From an uncultured Actinomycetes bacterium (GTDB taxonomy: Bacteria > Actinomycetota > UBA4738 > HRBIN12): DNA of 64,000 bases. The stretch lies in assembly GCA_963706005.1 (NCBI GenBank), contig CAVPLL010000010.1, positions 36,429 to 100,428 on the forward strand, read 5' to 3'. Positions 1-11,919 of the stretch are shown one piece after another. The notes under the pieces were generated by a model that was not told the DNA's origin, ran no database searches, and saw nothing but the letters and a program-made list of their open reading frames with translations. Position 1 is the first letter of the stretch; each line of letters opens with the position of its first letter. A program made the translations under genes and the position numbers.

Positions 1-1538
1 TTGCCGACCTCGTCGGCCACGAGCCGGGCTGGACGGTCCCCGTCCCCGTCGCCGTGCCCGACCGCGCGTTGACGTTCTCTGACGACGGCACCGCCAGACT
101 GTGGGACCCGCGGACGGGCGAGGGCATCGCGACGTTCGAACACGGTGGGCCTGCGGGCGTGGGGATCGGGGATGCGGCGCTCAGCGCCGATGGGGGTCAC
201 GTCGTCACCGGTGGAGCCGCGCAAGACGCCATCCGTCTGTGGGATGCAGGCAACGGTGACCAGGTCTGGGAGGTGGACGATCTCTTGAGCCTCTTCCAGG
301 GGATCTCGGTCAACCTCAACCCCAACGGGAGCTCGTTGGTGGCCGTGACCGGCCAGACCGAGATCCTGGACGCGAAGGACGGGCACCGGATCGCCGTGTT
401 GGATGCCCCCGAACTGATCACGAACGCGAGGTTCTCCCCCGACGGCAGGTTGCTCGTGACCTATAGCAACGATGGACCGCTTCGCATCTGGGACGCGAAG
501 ACGGGGGACCTGACCGCGACGATGCCGGGCGAGGCGAGTTCGGTGGACGCGAGGTTCAGTCACGACGGTCGATGGGTCGTCGCGGTCGAGCGGGACGGCC
601 CGATCCGCATCTGGGACCCCGCCTCCGGCAGCGCGATCGCGTCGATCGATGCGGCTCGCGGGGCGTTGAGGGCGTACTTCGTCGCCGGTGATCGTTCGAT
701 CGTGAGCAACGACGGACAGGGGGTCCGGATCGACCGATGCGACGTGTGTAGCTCGGTCGATGAGCTCACCCACCTGGCCGATGCGCGTGTCACGAGGGCC
801 TTCACCGACGGCGAGAGGCGCGCGTACCTCGGGGACGTCTCTGGTACGACGGCGGATGAGGAAGCGAGGCCCGCCGGGCTGGTGGACGCGAACGGACGGG
901 AGGTCGAGGATGGCCAGCTTCCGGCGGGCACCTACTCGGCCGTCGGTTTCACTCCGAGCCTCACGTTCACGGTCCCCGAGGGCTGGATCGCGACCAGCGA
1001 CATCGGCTGGGCAAGCGTCGGAGAGGCGCAGGTCGCAAACTCCGTCGAACTTCAGGACTCGGACGTCGCGGCGCCCTGGCTCCAGTTCCTCAACCTCGAG
1101 CCCGGACGTGTGATGGACGGATGGAAGGAGTGGGATGAGCGGCTGAACGTCATCCCCTTCCCGACGGATCTCGCGACGTGGGTGGATGACCATCCGCACC
1201 TCGAGCTGCTCCAGACAGGGTCGGTCGAGATCGGAGGTTTCGCCGGGGTCGCCGTCGACTTCAGGGTTTCTTCCCTGCAGGAAGAGAACCTTCCGCCGAT
1301 GTGCGGAGATTGCCTGCCGACCATGCCCCTCACGCTGTCGAACCAGACCGGGCCCCTCGGGAACGACCTCTTCGGAGGCTCCCAGCTCGGCAGCGTGGAA
1401 CGGTGGATCGAGGTGCGTACCCCCGAAGGTCCGATCCTGGTGATGATCTTCTCCACGTCGGAGCGCGGCCTGGAGAAGGTTTGGGGGGCCGTCCAACCGA
1501 TCATCGAGACCGTGGAGATCGGCCGGGAGGATGCCTAG
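1..1538 (+). CDS. WD40-repeat protein, C-terminal part (5' end outside window); paralog of downstream TIR-WD40 gene
   Basis: Frame open from position 3; WD repeats (DGTARLWD, GPLRIWD, GPIRIWD). Shares GVRIDRCD(V/I)C and GTYSAVxFxPSLxFTVxEGW C-terminal domain with ORF 2641..5319. Confidence 0.85.
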   Translation, partial: ADLVGHEPGWTVPVPVAVPDRALTFSDDGTARLWDPRTGEGIATFEHGGPAGVGIGDAALSADGGHVVTGGAAQDAIRLWDAGNGDQVWEVDDLLSLFQGISVNLNPNGSSLVAVTGQTEILDAKDGHRIAVLDAPELITNARFSPDGRLLVTYSNDGPLRIWDAKTGDLTATMPGEASSVDARFSHDGRWVVAVERDGPIRIWDPASGSAIASIDAARGALRAYFVAGDRSIVSNDGQGVRIDRCDVCSSVDELTHLADARVTRAFTDGERRAYLGDVSGTTADEEARPAGLVDANGREVEDGQLPAGTYSAVGFTPSLTFTVPEGWIATSDIGWASVGEAQVANSVELQDSDVAAPWLQFLNLEPGRVMDGWKEWDERLNVIPFPTDLATWVDDHPHLELLQTGSVEIGGFAGVAVDFRVSSLQEENLPPMCGDCLPTMPLTLSNQTGPLGNDLFGGSQLGSVERWIEVRTPEGPILVMIFSTSERGLEKVWGAVQPIIETVEIGREDA

Positions 1539-1652
1539 GCAGCGCGCTCGAGGCACGTTACGGATCGCTTGCTCCTTCGACCCGGGATCAGGGGCGTCGA
1601 TCGTCCCGTCCGGTCAGCCGATCTTGGTGGCCACCGACATCGGGTCGAGGTC

Positions 1653-4600
1653 GTGAAGACCGAGGAGCAGGTGCCGGCCCCCGAACCCGCTCGAGGTCAC
1701 GACGTGTTCGTCTCCTACTCGCGCGCCGACCGCGAGCGGGTGGTCGAACTCACCCATGCCCTTGCCGAACGCGGCAAACGCGCCTGGGTGGACCTGGAGG
1801 ACATCCCACCCTCGGCCGAGTGGATGGCCGAGATCAAAGCCGCGATCGAGGCCGCCGACGGCTACCTAGTGGTGGTCTCCCCGGCCCTCGCCGGCTCCAG
1901 CGTGTGCGCCGAGGAGCTCGAGCACGCCCGCGAGGCCGGCAAGCGGATCGTCCCGGTCCAGGTCCGCCCCACCGACCCGGACTCGGTGCCCCAGTCCCTG
2001 GCCGCCCTGAACTGGATCGATGCCACCGGCACCGATCTCGATCCGGTCCTGGAGCGGATCGTTCGGGCCCTGGACACCGACCTGGAGCACACCAAGGCCC
2101 ACACCCGCCTGCTCGTGCGGGCTTCCGAGTGGGAGCACACCGACCAGGACCGCTCGCTGCTGCTTCGAGGGGCCGACCTGAAGCAGGCCGAGGGGTTCCT
2201 GGTCGCGGCCCAGGGCAAGGAGCCGGCCCCCACCCCGGTCCAGGCTCGGTTCATCCAGGCCTCGCGACAGGGGACATCGCGGAGGCAGCGCGCCGCGATC
2301 GCCGTCGTCACCGTTCTCTTCCTGCTCGCGGCGGTCCTCGGCGTGGCGGCCTTGCAACAGCGGAATGCAGCCGAAGACAACCGGCGCTTGGCGGAGCAGC
2401 GTGCGGCCGAATCTCGTTCGAGGGAGCTCGCCGCGACCTCCATCGGGCAACTGGACGTCGACCCGGAGCGGTCGCTCATCCTCGCCACCGAGGCGATGAA
2501 GAGCGCCCGAACTCCGGAGGCTCTCGACGCCCTTCGGCAATCGATCACCGAGTCACACGTCCGAGCGACGTTCACCGGTCATGAGGGTGCGGTCCTCACC
2601 GTGAGCTACAGCCCCGACGGCGAGCGTCTCTTGTCCGCGGGTGTGGACGGCACGTCCCGTATCTGGGCGCGTTCCGACGGTGACGTCAGTCGTCCTCGAA
2701 GGCCACGACGACCTGGTCGAGAGCGCGAACTTCAGCGCCGATGGATCCCTCGTCGTGACGGCGAGCTTCGACGGCACCGCGAGGGTGTGGGATGCGGCGA
2801 CCGGTGATCCGGTGGCGACGTTGCGCGGACATGACGGTGCGGTCAACGACGCGGAGTTCAGCCCCGACGGGACATCGATCGCTACCGCCGGAGACGACGG
2901 CACGGCTCGGATCTGGGACTCCTCGACGGGGGACGCAGTTCGCGTGATGCGCGGTCACACCCGGCCGATCTACGACGCGAGCTTCGATCCGAACGGCAGC
3001 AGGATCGTGACCGCGAGCGACGATGGAACGGCCAGGATCTGGGATGTGGTGTCGGGACGGACCGTCCAGATCCTCCGAGGGCATGAGGATGGGCTCTACA
3101 CCGCCTCCTTCGATCGCGCAGGCGATCGGGTCGTCACGTCCAGTCAAGACGGGACCGCCAAGGTGTGGGACGTCGAGTCGGGACGCATGGTCAGCGACCT
3201 GGTTGGCAGTCGCGGGCCGGTGATCGCCGCTTCGTTCAGCCCGGACGGCCGCACTGTCGTGACGGCCAGTCTCGACCAGACCGGGCGCATCTGGGACGCT
3301 CGTTCCGGGAGGCTCGTCAACGTGCTTCGGGGGCACAAGGATGAGCTGGACGGTGCCTCTTTCAACGCAGATGGATCCCTCGTCCTCACGTCGAGCGAGG
3401 ACGGGACCGCTCGGGTCTGGGATGCCGGCGACGGATCGCTCCTCACCACGTTGCGGGGCAACGTGGGTCCGGTCCTGGCCGCCGCCTTCGCGCCCGACGG
3501 GGAGCGGGTCGCCACGGCCGGCTCGGACGGAGCGGTGCGTGAATGGGAGGCCGCCTCGGGCAGGACCGTCTACCGCGGAGACGGCACGTGGATGAATGGG
3601 AACCGAGACGGTGATGCATTCGTAGTGCTGGCCCCGGACGGCAGCGTCCACGTGATCGACACGGCGACGGCTACGGAGTCCTGGGTTGCCGATGCCGGTG
3701 AACCTCAGAGCTGGGGCGGCTTCAGCGCTGATGGCTCCCTCCTAGTCACCGCCGGAGGCGACGGCATCGGACATGTCTGGGACGCGGCGTCGGGGCAACC
3801 GGTGAGCGAGCTGCGCGGGCACGAGGAGACGTATCTCGCCGCCGACTTCTACGGGACGGATCGGGTCCTGACGTGGAGCGACGACGGAACCGCGAGATTG
3901 TGGGATCCACGCTCGGGTGCACGGCTTCAGGTCTTCGACAACCGAGCGCCGATCTGGGAGGCGCACCTCAGTTCTGACGGGATGCACGTGCTGACGACCG
4001 GAGTGGCCGACGGTGTCATCCGTGTGTGGGACGCGCGGACCGGTGAGCAGTTGTGGAAGGTGACGGGTCTGCTGGGGACGGGCGGCATCGGCGCCGGGTT
4101 CAGTCCGGACGGCAAGCTGGTTGGGACGGTCTCGGGTCCCGCGATCATCTGGGACGTGGCGACAGGGCGCAGGGTCTCGACACTCGATTCCACCGGGAAG
4201 CCGCTGAGCATCGGGTTCTCACCCGACAACGAGTCCGTCTTGACGCGGTTCGATGACGGCTCGGCGCGGATCTGGGATCCGACGACGGGCGATGTTCTCG
4301 TCACGATGTCGGGCCACGACGGCACCGTGGAGGGCGCGGGATTCAGCCCCGACGGCAGCCGGGTGATCACGGCCGGGGACGACGGCTTGGTCCGCGTCTG
4401 GAGCGCCGGGACGGGGGAGCCGATCGCCACGTACACGAGCCAAGGAGGGGCGGCTCTGTGGGCGTTCCTCGCACCGAGCGGACCCTTCGTGGTGAGCGAA
4501 GGAGAGGGTGGCGTCCGGATCGATCGGTGCGATATCTGCGTCGCGGGTGACGAACTCCTTCCGCTGGCCGAGCCTCGGATCACACGGGAGCTGACGACGG

Positions 4601-5319
4601 ATGAGAGAACCGAGTTCCTCCGTACCGGTTCGGGGGGCGCCAGCGTCGCGAAACCCCGGCGCCCCGGCCTTGCCGATGCGGATGGCAACCCGGTGGTGGA
4701 CGGTCCCCTTCAGTCAGGCACCTACTCGGCAGTCGAGTTCGAGCCGTCGTTGTCCTTCACCGTCGATGAGGGATGGCAGGCCTCGACCTTCCTGGATCGC
4801 ACGCAGTTCGGGGAGGTTCCGCTTGCCGTCGTGGTGCAACTTCAACAGATCGACGTCCCGTCGAACGGGCTCTCGTTCATCATGCTCGCCCCGGGAAGGG
4901 CGATAGACGCGGAGAAGGCGTGGGACGAACGCCGCAACATCCTGCCGTTCCCTGACGATCTGGGCGCCTGGCTCTCCGAGCACCCGAACCTTCGAACCGG
5001 CCGATCGCGACCGATCACGGTCGGTGGGATGAGCGGAACCTCGGTCGACACGCTCGTCACCTCCTCCCCGGAGGACCCCTGGCCGGTGTGTCCGGTCTGC
5101 GTCACCCTTCTCGCGTTCTCTCTCCATCACCCCCTTGGACCGACGACGACCGACGACCTGATCAACGCCCTGGGGCCGGGTGAGATCGACCGATGGATCA
5201 CGCTCGACACCGGTGAGGGGCGGATCCTGGTCAACGCGTTCTCGGCATCGCGCAGAGACTTCCGCGAGTTCATGCCGATCGTGAACGAGGTTCTGGAGAG
5301 CCTCCGGATCGGAGGCTAG
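1653..5319 (+). CDS. TIR domain - TM helix - WD40 repeats - C-terminal domain protein (frameshift near 2685)
   Basis: ORF 1569..2807 has TIR_2 motifs (HDVFVSYSRAD, WVD, SSVCAEEL), a hydrophobic helix AAIAVVTVLFLLAAVLGVAAL and the first WD repeat. The WD series continues in ORF 2641..5319 from VVLEGHDDLVESANFS. Confidence 0.85.
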
Positions 5320-5326
5320 GGGATCG

Positions 5327-6868
5327 TCACACGGCTTCGAGCTGCGACGTGGCCGCCAGCGGCAGGGCCACCCGGAACACGGCGCCCCCGCCGGGCGCGT
5401 CCTCGGCCCACACGTGGCCGCCGCACGCGGCAGCGAGCCCGCGGACGATCGGCAGGCCGAGACCGAGCCCGGGCTTGCCCGTCGTGTCGGCCCGGTGGAA
5501 GCGGTCGAACAGGCGCTCGCGTTCCTCGACCGGCAGGCCCGGGCCGGCATCCGAGACGCTCAGCACGGCGCAGTCGTCGCCCTGCTCCAGGGTGATTCGG
5601 ATCGGGGGAGCGCCGTACTTGTGGGCGTTGTCGAGCAAGTTCACGAGGATCCGCCGGATCGCGTCCGGGTCGCCCATCGTCCAGAGCCCCTCCTGCACCT
5701 GCGTCTCGACCGGTCGGTCGGTGACCCCGAAGTCGCGGGCGACGGTTCGCACGAGCTCCGCGACGTCGACGGCGACGGGGTCGATCGTCGCCTCTTCCTG
5801 GTCGAGCCGCGCGGCGATCAACAGCTCCTCGACCAGGGACGCGAGGTTCTTCCCGTTGCGCTCGATGATCTCGAAGAGCTCCGACGTCTCGATCGGCGAG
5901 TCGGGCTGCTTGCCGGCCTGCGCCGCGGCCAGCACGACCGTGAGGGGCGTTCGGAGCTCGTGGGTCACGAGCCCGAGGAACTCGGACTTCAGGCGGTCGA
6001 GCTCGACGAGCTCGACGACGTGGGCGCGCTCGGCGTCGAACAGGCGGGCGTTGGCGATCGCCACAGCGGCCTGCTCGGCGAAGAGGCTGAGTGCTCGGAG
6101 GTCGTACGCGCTGAAGGTGTGGTCGACGTCGGCGTTCACGTTCAACACGCCGAGGACCTCACCACGGTTGACGAGCGGCACCGACATCGCGCTCGCGACC
6201 GCACGGGTGCGGACGTCGAGACCGGGGAACTCGTGCGACGTCGGCTTGCCGTTGATCAGGAGCGGCTCCTTCGTCTCGGCCACCCGCCCGGCGATCCCCT
6301 CGCCGATCGCGACCCGCCGCCCGAGCGCCTCGGGGTTGTTGCGGACGCATCGGGCGACGAGCGACTCGCCGTCGACGAGCATGATCGAGCCGCTCGCCCC
6401 TGTGAGGAGCTCGAGGGCGCTGTGCAGGATCACATCGAGGACCGCGTCGAGCTCGAGCACCGCGTTCATCGCCTTGCCGGCCTGGAGCAGGAGCGAGAGC
6501 TCACGCAGACGGTTCGACAGCGCCGCGGTGAGGATGCGTTCGTCGGTGAGGAGCCGCGAGAGCTTCTGCAGGTGCCGTTCCTTGTCGATCGCGTACGCGC
6601 AGAATCCGACCGACATCAGGACGATCCCCCACCGAAGGGCACCGGAGGAGATCGGCGACCCGCTGGACGTCGGCCAGATCGACAGCACGACGACGCCCAC
6701 GCTGACCGAGACCAACATGATCGACGTCAAGATCCACAGCTGGATCCGCCGGTGCTCGACCGCCTCGAGCGACGGCGTCGTGAACCCGCGGAGGCCGACG
6801 ATCCGAGCCTCGGACACGATGGTGTTCGGCAGGCGCGCGCTCCCGGCTTCGGTCGGTGGGGGTGTCAT
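5327..6868 (-). CDS. Membrane sensor histidine kinase with GAF domain
   Basis: Two N-terminal TM helices, GAF (SAMSVPLVNRGEVLGVLNV), H-box THELRTPLT, N-box NLLDNAHKY, G boxes DAGPG and GLGLGL. Confidence 0.9.
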   Translation of the reverse strand: MTPPPTEAGSARLPNTIVSEARIVGLRGFTTPSLEAVEHRRIQLWILTSIMLVSVSVGVVVLSIWPTSSGSPISSGALRWGIVLMSVGFCAYAIDKERHLQKLSRLLTDERILTAALSNRLRELSLLLQAGKAMNAVLELDAVLDVILHSALELLTGASGSIMLVDGESLVARCVRNNPEALGRRVAIGEGIAGRVAETKEPLLINGKPTSHEFPGLDVRTRAVASAMSVPLVNRGEVLGVLNVNADVDHTFSAYDLRALSLFAEQAAVAIANARLFDAERAHVVELVELDRLKSEFLGLVTHELRTPLTVVLAAAQAGKQPDSPIETSELFEIIERNGKNLASLVEELLIAARLDQEEATIDPVAVDVAELVRTVARDFGVTDRPVETQVQEGLWTMGDPDAIRRILVNLLDNAHKYGAPPIRITLEQGDDCAVLSVSDAGPGLPVEERERLFDRFHRADTTGKPGLGLGLPIVRGLAAACGGHVWAEDAPGGGAVFRVALPLAATSQLEAV

Positions 6869-6965
6869 CACTCGTGTATCGGCAGGCACGGGTCGTGGTT
6901 GAACCCGGACAAAGGAGGGGTCTGACGGCGGCGTCCGTGCGGTGCGAGCCGGGGAACGGGCCGTC

Positions 6966-7334
6966 CTAGGTGATGCCCTCGGTCGCCTCGTGGAGCACGA
7001 TGACGATGTCTTCGAGGGCCGTTCCCTTGGCGAGGAACCCCGAGGCGCCAGCCTCCCGCGCCTCCTTCTCCACGCCCGGGTCGGCATGGGCGGTCAGGAT
7101 CACGACGGGGAGGTCGGGCCGGTCCTCGTGGATCCTGCGCATCGCCTCGATCCCATCGAAGTCGGGCATCGACAGGTCCATCAGCACCAGGTCGGGCTCG
7201 TCCTTGCGAGCGCGAACCGTCGCCTCCCTGCCCCCGCCCGCCTCACTGGTCACCTCGATACCCTTGACCATCTTCAGCGCGGACGTGAGCGCCCGACGGA
7301 ACGCCGGGTGGTCATCCACCACCAAGACCCGCAA
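6966..7334 (-). CDS. Single-domain response regulator (NarL-like receiver)
   Basis: VLVVDDH, LVLMDLSMPDFDG, VVILTAH, GASGFLAK; no output domain. Confidence 0.9.
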   Translation of the reverse strand: MRVLVVDDHPAFRRALTSALKMVKGIEVTSEAGGGREATVRARKDEPDLVLMDLSMPDFDGIEAMRRIHEDRPDLPVVILTAHADPGVEKEAREAGASGFLAKGTALEDIVIVLHEATEGIT

Positions 7335-7556
7335 CGCGTCTTCTCCTCACCGGGAAGGAACCACAGGGAAGACCGAGGTTCAGGTCCCTGCATCCTGCCC
7401 GAGAGTGCCGCGGCGGGACAACGCCCCAAACGGCTGAACTTGTATGGCCCATTCGGGCCACCACACCGGCCAGCGGGCCTACAACCTCTCCAGCAGCTCA
7501 TCGCGCCTCATCCCGGCACGCGGGATCGCCGAAGAACGGGTATGGAGCCGCTGGTG

Positions 7557-7583
7557 GGAACGAACGGATGCCTCCGGAGGTTG
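7557..7583 (+). promoter_or_regulatory. Putative SigR/SigH-type ECF promoter upstream of clpC
   Basis: GGAAC-N18-GTTG matches the actinobacterial SigR/SigH consensus. Confidence 0.45.
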
Positions 7584-7740
7584 CATCGAGGGTCGGGGGT
7601 ATACTTCCCTGCGTGGGGCGCTTCGGCGGGCGCACGAGATCGTGCCACACCGGAGCGCTCGACCTGCCTCGGGGGTAGGACGGGGTCCGGTGATCCCCGA
7701 GGCCGTTCGATAGGTGGGGCTCCGGCCCCGGGGGATTGAG

Positions 7741-10230
7741 ATGTTCGAGCGTTTCACCGACCGAGCCCGCCGCGTCGTGGTCCTCGCCCAAGAAGAAGCG
7801 AGGATGCTCAACCACAACTACATCGGGACCGAGCACATCCTGCTCGGGCTGATCCACGAAGGGGAAGGGGTCGCCGCCAAGGCGCTCGAGTCCCTGAACA
7901 TCTCCCTCGAGGCCGTCCGTCAGCAGGTCGAGGAGATCATCGGCCAGGGCCAGGCAGCGCCGACGGGGCACATCCCGTTCACGCCGCGCGCCAAGAAGGT
8001 CCTCGAGCTGTCGCTGCGCGAGGCGCTGCAGCTCGGTCACAACTACATCGGAACCGAGCACATCCTGCTCGGGTTGATCCGCGAGGGCGAGGGCGTCGCG
8101 GCGCAGGTCCTGCAGAAGCTGGGGGCCGACCTCAACCGCGTCCGCCAGACCGTGATCCAGCTGCTGTCCGGCTACACGGCGGGCAAGGGCGAGACCACGC
8201 CGGGCGGCCAGGGGGAGCAGGCCGGACAGGGTTCGATGGTGCTCGACCAGTTCGGGCGCAACCTGACCCAACTCGCGCGCGACACCAAGCTCGACCCGGT
8301 GATCGGCCGCGAGAAGGAGATCGAGCGGGTCATGCAGGTGCTGTCCCGCCGCACGAAGAACAACCCGGTGCTGATCGGCGAACCCGGCGTGGGCAAGACG
8401 GCGATCGTCGAGGGCCTCGCGCAGGACATCGTGCGGGGCGAGGTTCCCGAGACGCTCAAGGGCAAGCAGATCTACACGCTCGACCTCGGCGCGCTCGTGG
8501 CCGGCTCCCGCTACCGCGGCGATTTCGAGGAGCGCCTGAAGAAGGTCCTGAAGGAGATCCGCACCCGCGGCGACATCGTGCTGTTCATCGACGAGCTGCA
8601 CACGCTCGTCGGGGCCGGGGCGGCCGAGGGCGCGATCGACGCGGCGAGCATCCTCAAGCCGATGCTCGCGCGCGGCGAACTCCAGACGATCGGCGCCACC
8701 ACGCGCGACGAGTACCGCAAGCACCTCGAGAAGGACGCCGCGCTCGAGCGACGGTTCCAGCCGATCAACGTGGAGGAGCCGACCGTCGCGCACACGATCG
8801 AGATCTTGAAGGGTCTGCGCGACCGGTACGAGGCGCACCACCGCGTCTCGTTCACCGACGACGCGCTGGTCGCCGCGGCCAACCTGTCCGACCGCTACAT
8901 CAGCGACCGGTTCCTGCCGGACAAGGCGATCGACCTGATCGACGAGGCCGGGTCACGGATGCGGATCCGCCGGATGACCGCGCCCCCGGACGTTCGCGAG
9001 GTGGACGAGAAGATCGCCGAGGTCCGGCTGCGCAAGGAGAGCGCGATCGACGCCCAGGACTTCGAGAAGGCCGCCTCGCTGCGCGACGAGGAGCGGCAGC
9101 TCGTCGAGGAGCGGCAGCGTCGCGAGCGCGAGTGGAAGTCCGGCGAGATGGACGTCCTGTCCGAGGTCGACGAGGAGGAGATCGCCGAGGTGCTCGCCAC
9201 CTGGACCGGCATCCCCGTCTTCAAGCTGACCGAGGAAGAGACGGAGAAGCTGCTCCGTATGGAGGACGAGCTCCACAAGCGGATCATCAGCCAGGAGGAC
9301 TCGATCACGGCGGTCAGCAAGGCGATCCGACGGACGCGCGCCGGCCTGAAGGACCCCAAGCGTCCCTCGGGCTCGTTCATCTTCCTCGGGCCGTCGGGCG
9401 TGGGCAAGACCGAGCTCTCCAAGGCGCTCGCCGAGTTCCTGTTCGGCGACGAGGCCGCGTTGATCCAGCTCGACATGTCCGAGTACATGGAGAAACACAC
9501 GGTCAGCCGTCTGATCGGTTCGCCCCCGGGTTACGTGGGGTACGAGGAGGGCGGCCAGCTCACCGAGGCCGTCCGCCGCAAGCCGTTCAGCGTGATCCTG
9601 TTCGACGAGATCGAGAAGGCGCACCCTGACGTGTTCAACACGCTCCTGCAGATCCTGGAGGACGGCCGCCTGACGGACTCACAGGGTCACCAGGTCGACT
9701 TCAAGAACACCATCATCATCATGACGTCGAACCTCGGGACCCGGGACATCCAGAAGGGACCCGGGATCGGGTTCGCGGCGCGTCCCGACGAGAAGATGAC
9801 CTACGACAAGATGAAGGACCGGGTCATGGACGAGCTGAAGAAGTCCTTCCGGCCCGAGTTCCTGAACCGGATCGACGAGGTCATCGTCTTCCACTCGCTC
9901 ACCCAGGAGGACGTGAAGCAGATCGTCGACCTGATGATGAAGCGCGTGACCGACCAGCTGAAGGCCAAGGACCTCGAGATAGAGCTGACGGAGGCCGCGA
10001 AGACCGTGCTCGCCGAGAAGGGCTACGACCCCTCGCTCGGAGCGCGGCCGTTGCGCCGGACGATCCAGCGCATGGTCGAGGACCCGCTGTCGGAGAAGCT
10101 GCTCTGGAAGGAGTTCCGGGCCGGCCAGACGATCATCGTGGATGCGCGGGACGGCGAGATCGTGTTCGAGGGCGCGGGCGTCCCGCCGGAGGTCCCGCCC
10201 GTCGAGCTCGCGGGTTCGTCGGAGGCCTGA
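7741..10230 (+). CDS. clpC: ATP-dependent Clp protease ATP-binding subunit ClpC
   Basis: [21 protein letters not shown]-terminus, two Walker A motifs ([16 protein letters not shown]), UVR middle domain. Confidence 0.98.
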   Translation: MFERFTDRARRVVVLAQEEARMLNHNYIGTEHILLGLIHEGEGVAAKALESLNISLEAVRQQVEEIIGQGQAAPTGHIPFTPRAKKVLELSLREALQLGHNYIGTEHILLGLIREGEGVAAQVLQKLGADLNRVRQTVIQLLSGYTAGKGETTPGGQGEQAGQGSMVLDQFGRNLTQLARDTKLDPVIGREKEIERVMQVLSRRTKNNPVLIGEPGVGKTAIVEGLAQDIVRGEVPETLKGKQIYTLDLGALVAGSRYRGDFEERLKKVLKEIRTRGDIVLFIDELHTLVGAGAAEGAIDAASILKPMLARGELQTIGATTRDEYRKHLEKDAALERRFQPINVEEPTVAHTIEILKGLRDRYEAHHRVSFTDDALVAAANLSDRYISDRFLPDKAIDLIDEAGSRMRIRRMTAPPDVREVDEKIAEVRLRKESAIDAQDFEKAASLRDEERQLVEERQRREREWKSGEMDVLSEVDEEEIAEVLATWTGIPVFKLTEEETEKLLRMEDELHKRIISQEDSITAVSKAIRRTRAGLKDPKRPSGSFIFLGPSGVGKTELSKALAEFLFGDEAALIQLDMSEYMEKHTVSRLIGSPPGYVGYEEGGQLTEAVRRKPFSVILFDEIEKAHPDVFNTLLQILEDGRLTDSQGHQVDFKNTIIIMTSNLGTRDIQKGPGIGFAARPDEKMTYDKMKDRVMDELKKSFRPEFLNRIDEVIVFHSLTQEDVKQIVDLMMKRVTDQLKAKDLEIELTEAAKTVLAEKGYDPSLGARPLRRTIQRMVEDPLSEKLLWKEFRAGQTIIVDARDGEIVFEGAGVPPEVPPVELAGSSEA

Positions 10231-10285
10231 TCGGTAGGGATGGATGTGGGTCCGGCGTGACCGCGCCGAACCCCGCAAGACCGAG

Positions 10286-10313
10286 GGCCCGGCAACCGAG
10301 AGGCTGCCGGGCC
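10286..10313 (+). terminator. Stem-loop downstream of clpC
   Basis: ggcccggcaacc-gaga-ggctgccgggcc, one mismatch. Confidence 0.5.
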
Positions 10314-10522
10314 GTTCGGTGTCCGGGGTCGGCTCGTCTCAACGAGTGGCCCGGGAACCGTCCGTGCGAGCCACTCGGATCGGTTCGAGCATCAGGCCTG
10401 GCGGACGACGTTCAGCAGGAGCGCGTCGTCGGCACCAGCCTCCGCGCGGCCCGGATCGGGGATGCGCGTCTGCACCCGGCCTGCGGGCCATCCCAGGTCC
10501 GAGGCTTGGGTAGGGTGGGGCG

Positions 10523-10903
10523 GTGGGACTCGGCAACGAGGAGTGCTGGGCAGTCGAGACGTCCAAGGACGGCCGGAAGTGGCGGTTCCTAGGCAAGGCC
10601 TGGAAGTCGCCGGGTGAGCCCGTCCTGATGCACGTGTCCGTCCGATACGTGCGGTACCGGCAGCTCCTGCCCAGGGAGACCGCCGACTGGAGCGATCCGC
10701 TCGAGTCCGACGGTGATCACCCGATGACGATGGTCCGGATGGAGGACCGAACCCGGGAGGACCTGTGGCCCGGAGGGGAGCACCTCGGGCTCCCGGTCCT
10801 GCTGCCCGGTGGGGAGACGGGCAGGCTCCAGGGGTTCGACCACGCGCCCGATGGCTCGAGCTGGCGGTACACGCTCGAGTTCCGGGGCGCCCGCGAGGGC
10901 TAG
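10523..10903 (+). CDS. Hypothetical protein
   Basis: Protein-like composition and GC3-biased codons; converges on RIO kinase with 4-bp overlap. Confidence 0.6.
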   Translation: MGLGNEECWAVETSKDGRKWRFLGKAWKSPGEPVLMHVSVRYVRYRQLLPRETADWSDPLESDGDHPMTMVRMEDRTREDLWPGGEHLGLPVLLPGGETGRLQGFDHAPDGSSWRYTLEFRGAREG

Positions 10904-11721
10904 ATCTCGATCCCGGTCCGCAGCTCCTCCGGCACCAGGTCGGCGAACTGCCACGCCGTCCACAGGTCGGCGGCGAGCTCCTCGGGGGCCGAACGCACGC
11001 CCAACCGGGCGAAGTGATCGCAGATCCGCTTCACGTCGCGTTCGAGCAGCGCGGGCGCGTGCCGGTTCTTCCGCGGGTCGATCGCCTGCGGCAGGTCGAT
11101 GATCGTGGCCCGTCCAGCCCAAACCAGCACGTTGTAGGCCGACAGGTCCCCATGGATCACGTTGCCGTACAGCATCCGCTCGACGGCCCGCAGGACCTGT
11201 CCGAACAGGTCCCGCGCCTCCTCGGGGCCCGGCCGGGTGGCTCGGAGCTGCGGCGCCGGCTGCTGGTCGTCGCCGACGTAGCTCATCAAGATCGCGTCGC
11301 CCGTCGACGCGATCGGCCGGGGAACGGGCGCCCCGGCCGCAGAGAGCGTGCGCAGGGTCTCCCATTCGCGGTTCACCCAGAGCGTGCCTTGGAGCTCCCG
11401 GCCGAACCGGGTCTTCTTCTCGAGCGCGGCGCGGATCCGCCGCTCCTTGATCCACTCGCCGTCCCGGTAGATCGACTCGTCGCGGAAGTCCCGCCGGTCG
11501 AGCGGGTGGTACACCTTGAGCGCGAGCAGATCCTCGCCGGTGGTCGAGCGGTTCCCCCGGCACAGGTGGACGGACGCCTCCTTGCCGGTCTTCACGATGT
11601 GCACGACGTCGGTGATCAGGCCTTCGTCCAGGAAGTGGTCGAACGCCGTGGTACCGGCTTCGTCGTCCTCGAGTTCGTGGATGTCCAATCCGGTTCCCTT
11701 CGATCGATGTCGGTTCGGCAC
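10900..11721 (-). CDS. RIO1-family atypical Ser/Thr kinase
   Basis: KTGKEASV, ALKVY, IHGDLSAYNVL catalytic loop, IIDLPQA, LLERDVKRI. Confidence 0.92.
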   Translation of the reverse strand: MPNRHRSKGTGLDIHELEDDEAGTTAFDHFLDEGLITDVVHIVKTGKEASVHLCRGNRSTTGEDLLALKVYHPLDRRDFRDESIYRDGEWIKERRIRAALEKKTRFGRELQGTLWVNREWETLRTLSAAGAPVPRPIASTGDAILMSYVGDDQQPAPQLRATRPGPEEARDLFGQVLRAVERMLYGNVIHGDLSAYNVLVWAGRATIIDLPQAIDPRKNRHAPALLERDVKRICDHFARLGVRSAPEELAADLWTAWQFADLVPEELRTGIEI

Positions 11722-11919
11722 GGTGAGCCTCGGCCGCCAGTGCCGGGAACGAACGAGAGCCGCCCCTTCGGGGCGGCTCAGGCGTTGGACGCCGGGTCGA
11801 TCGGGCTAGCGCCCGATCCCCGAGGGGTGCGGCGAGGCGGCGAGGACGATCTCGGCCATGCGGCATCCCTCCTTCCGGGTCGTGGTCCCGCACGTGCGGG
11901 ATCGTTGGACCACAGGAGT

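Noticed and set aside
7581-7605. TTGCAT...TATACT sigma-70 promoter for clpC
   Set aside because: Spacer is only 13 bp; the -10 may be real but not with this -35
10392-10475. Short minus-strand ORF (VQTRIPDPG...NVVRQA)
   Set aside because: No clear RBS or recognisable motif; insufficient support
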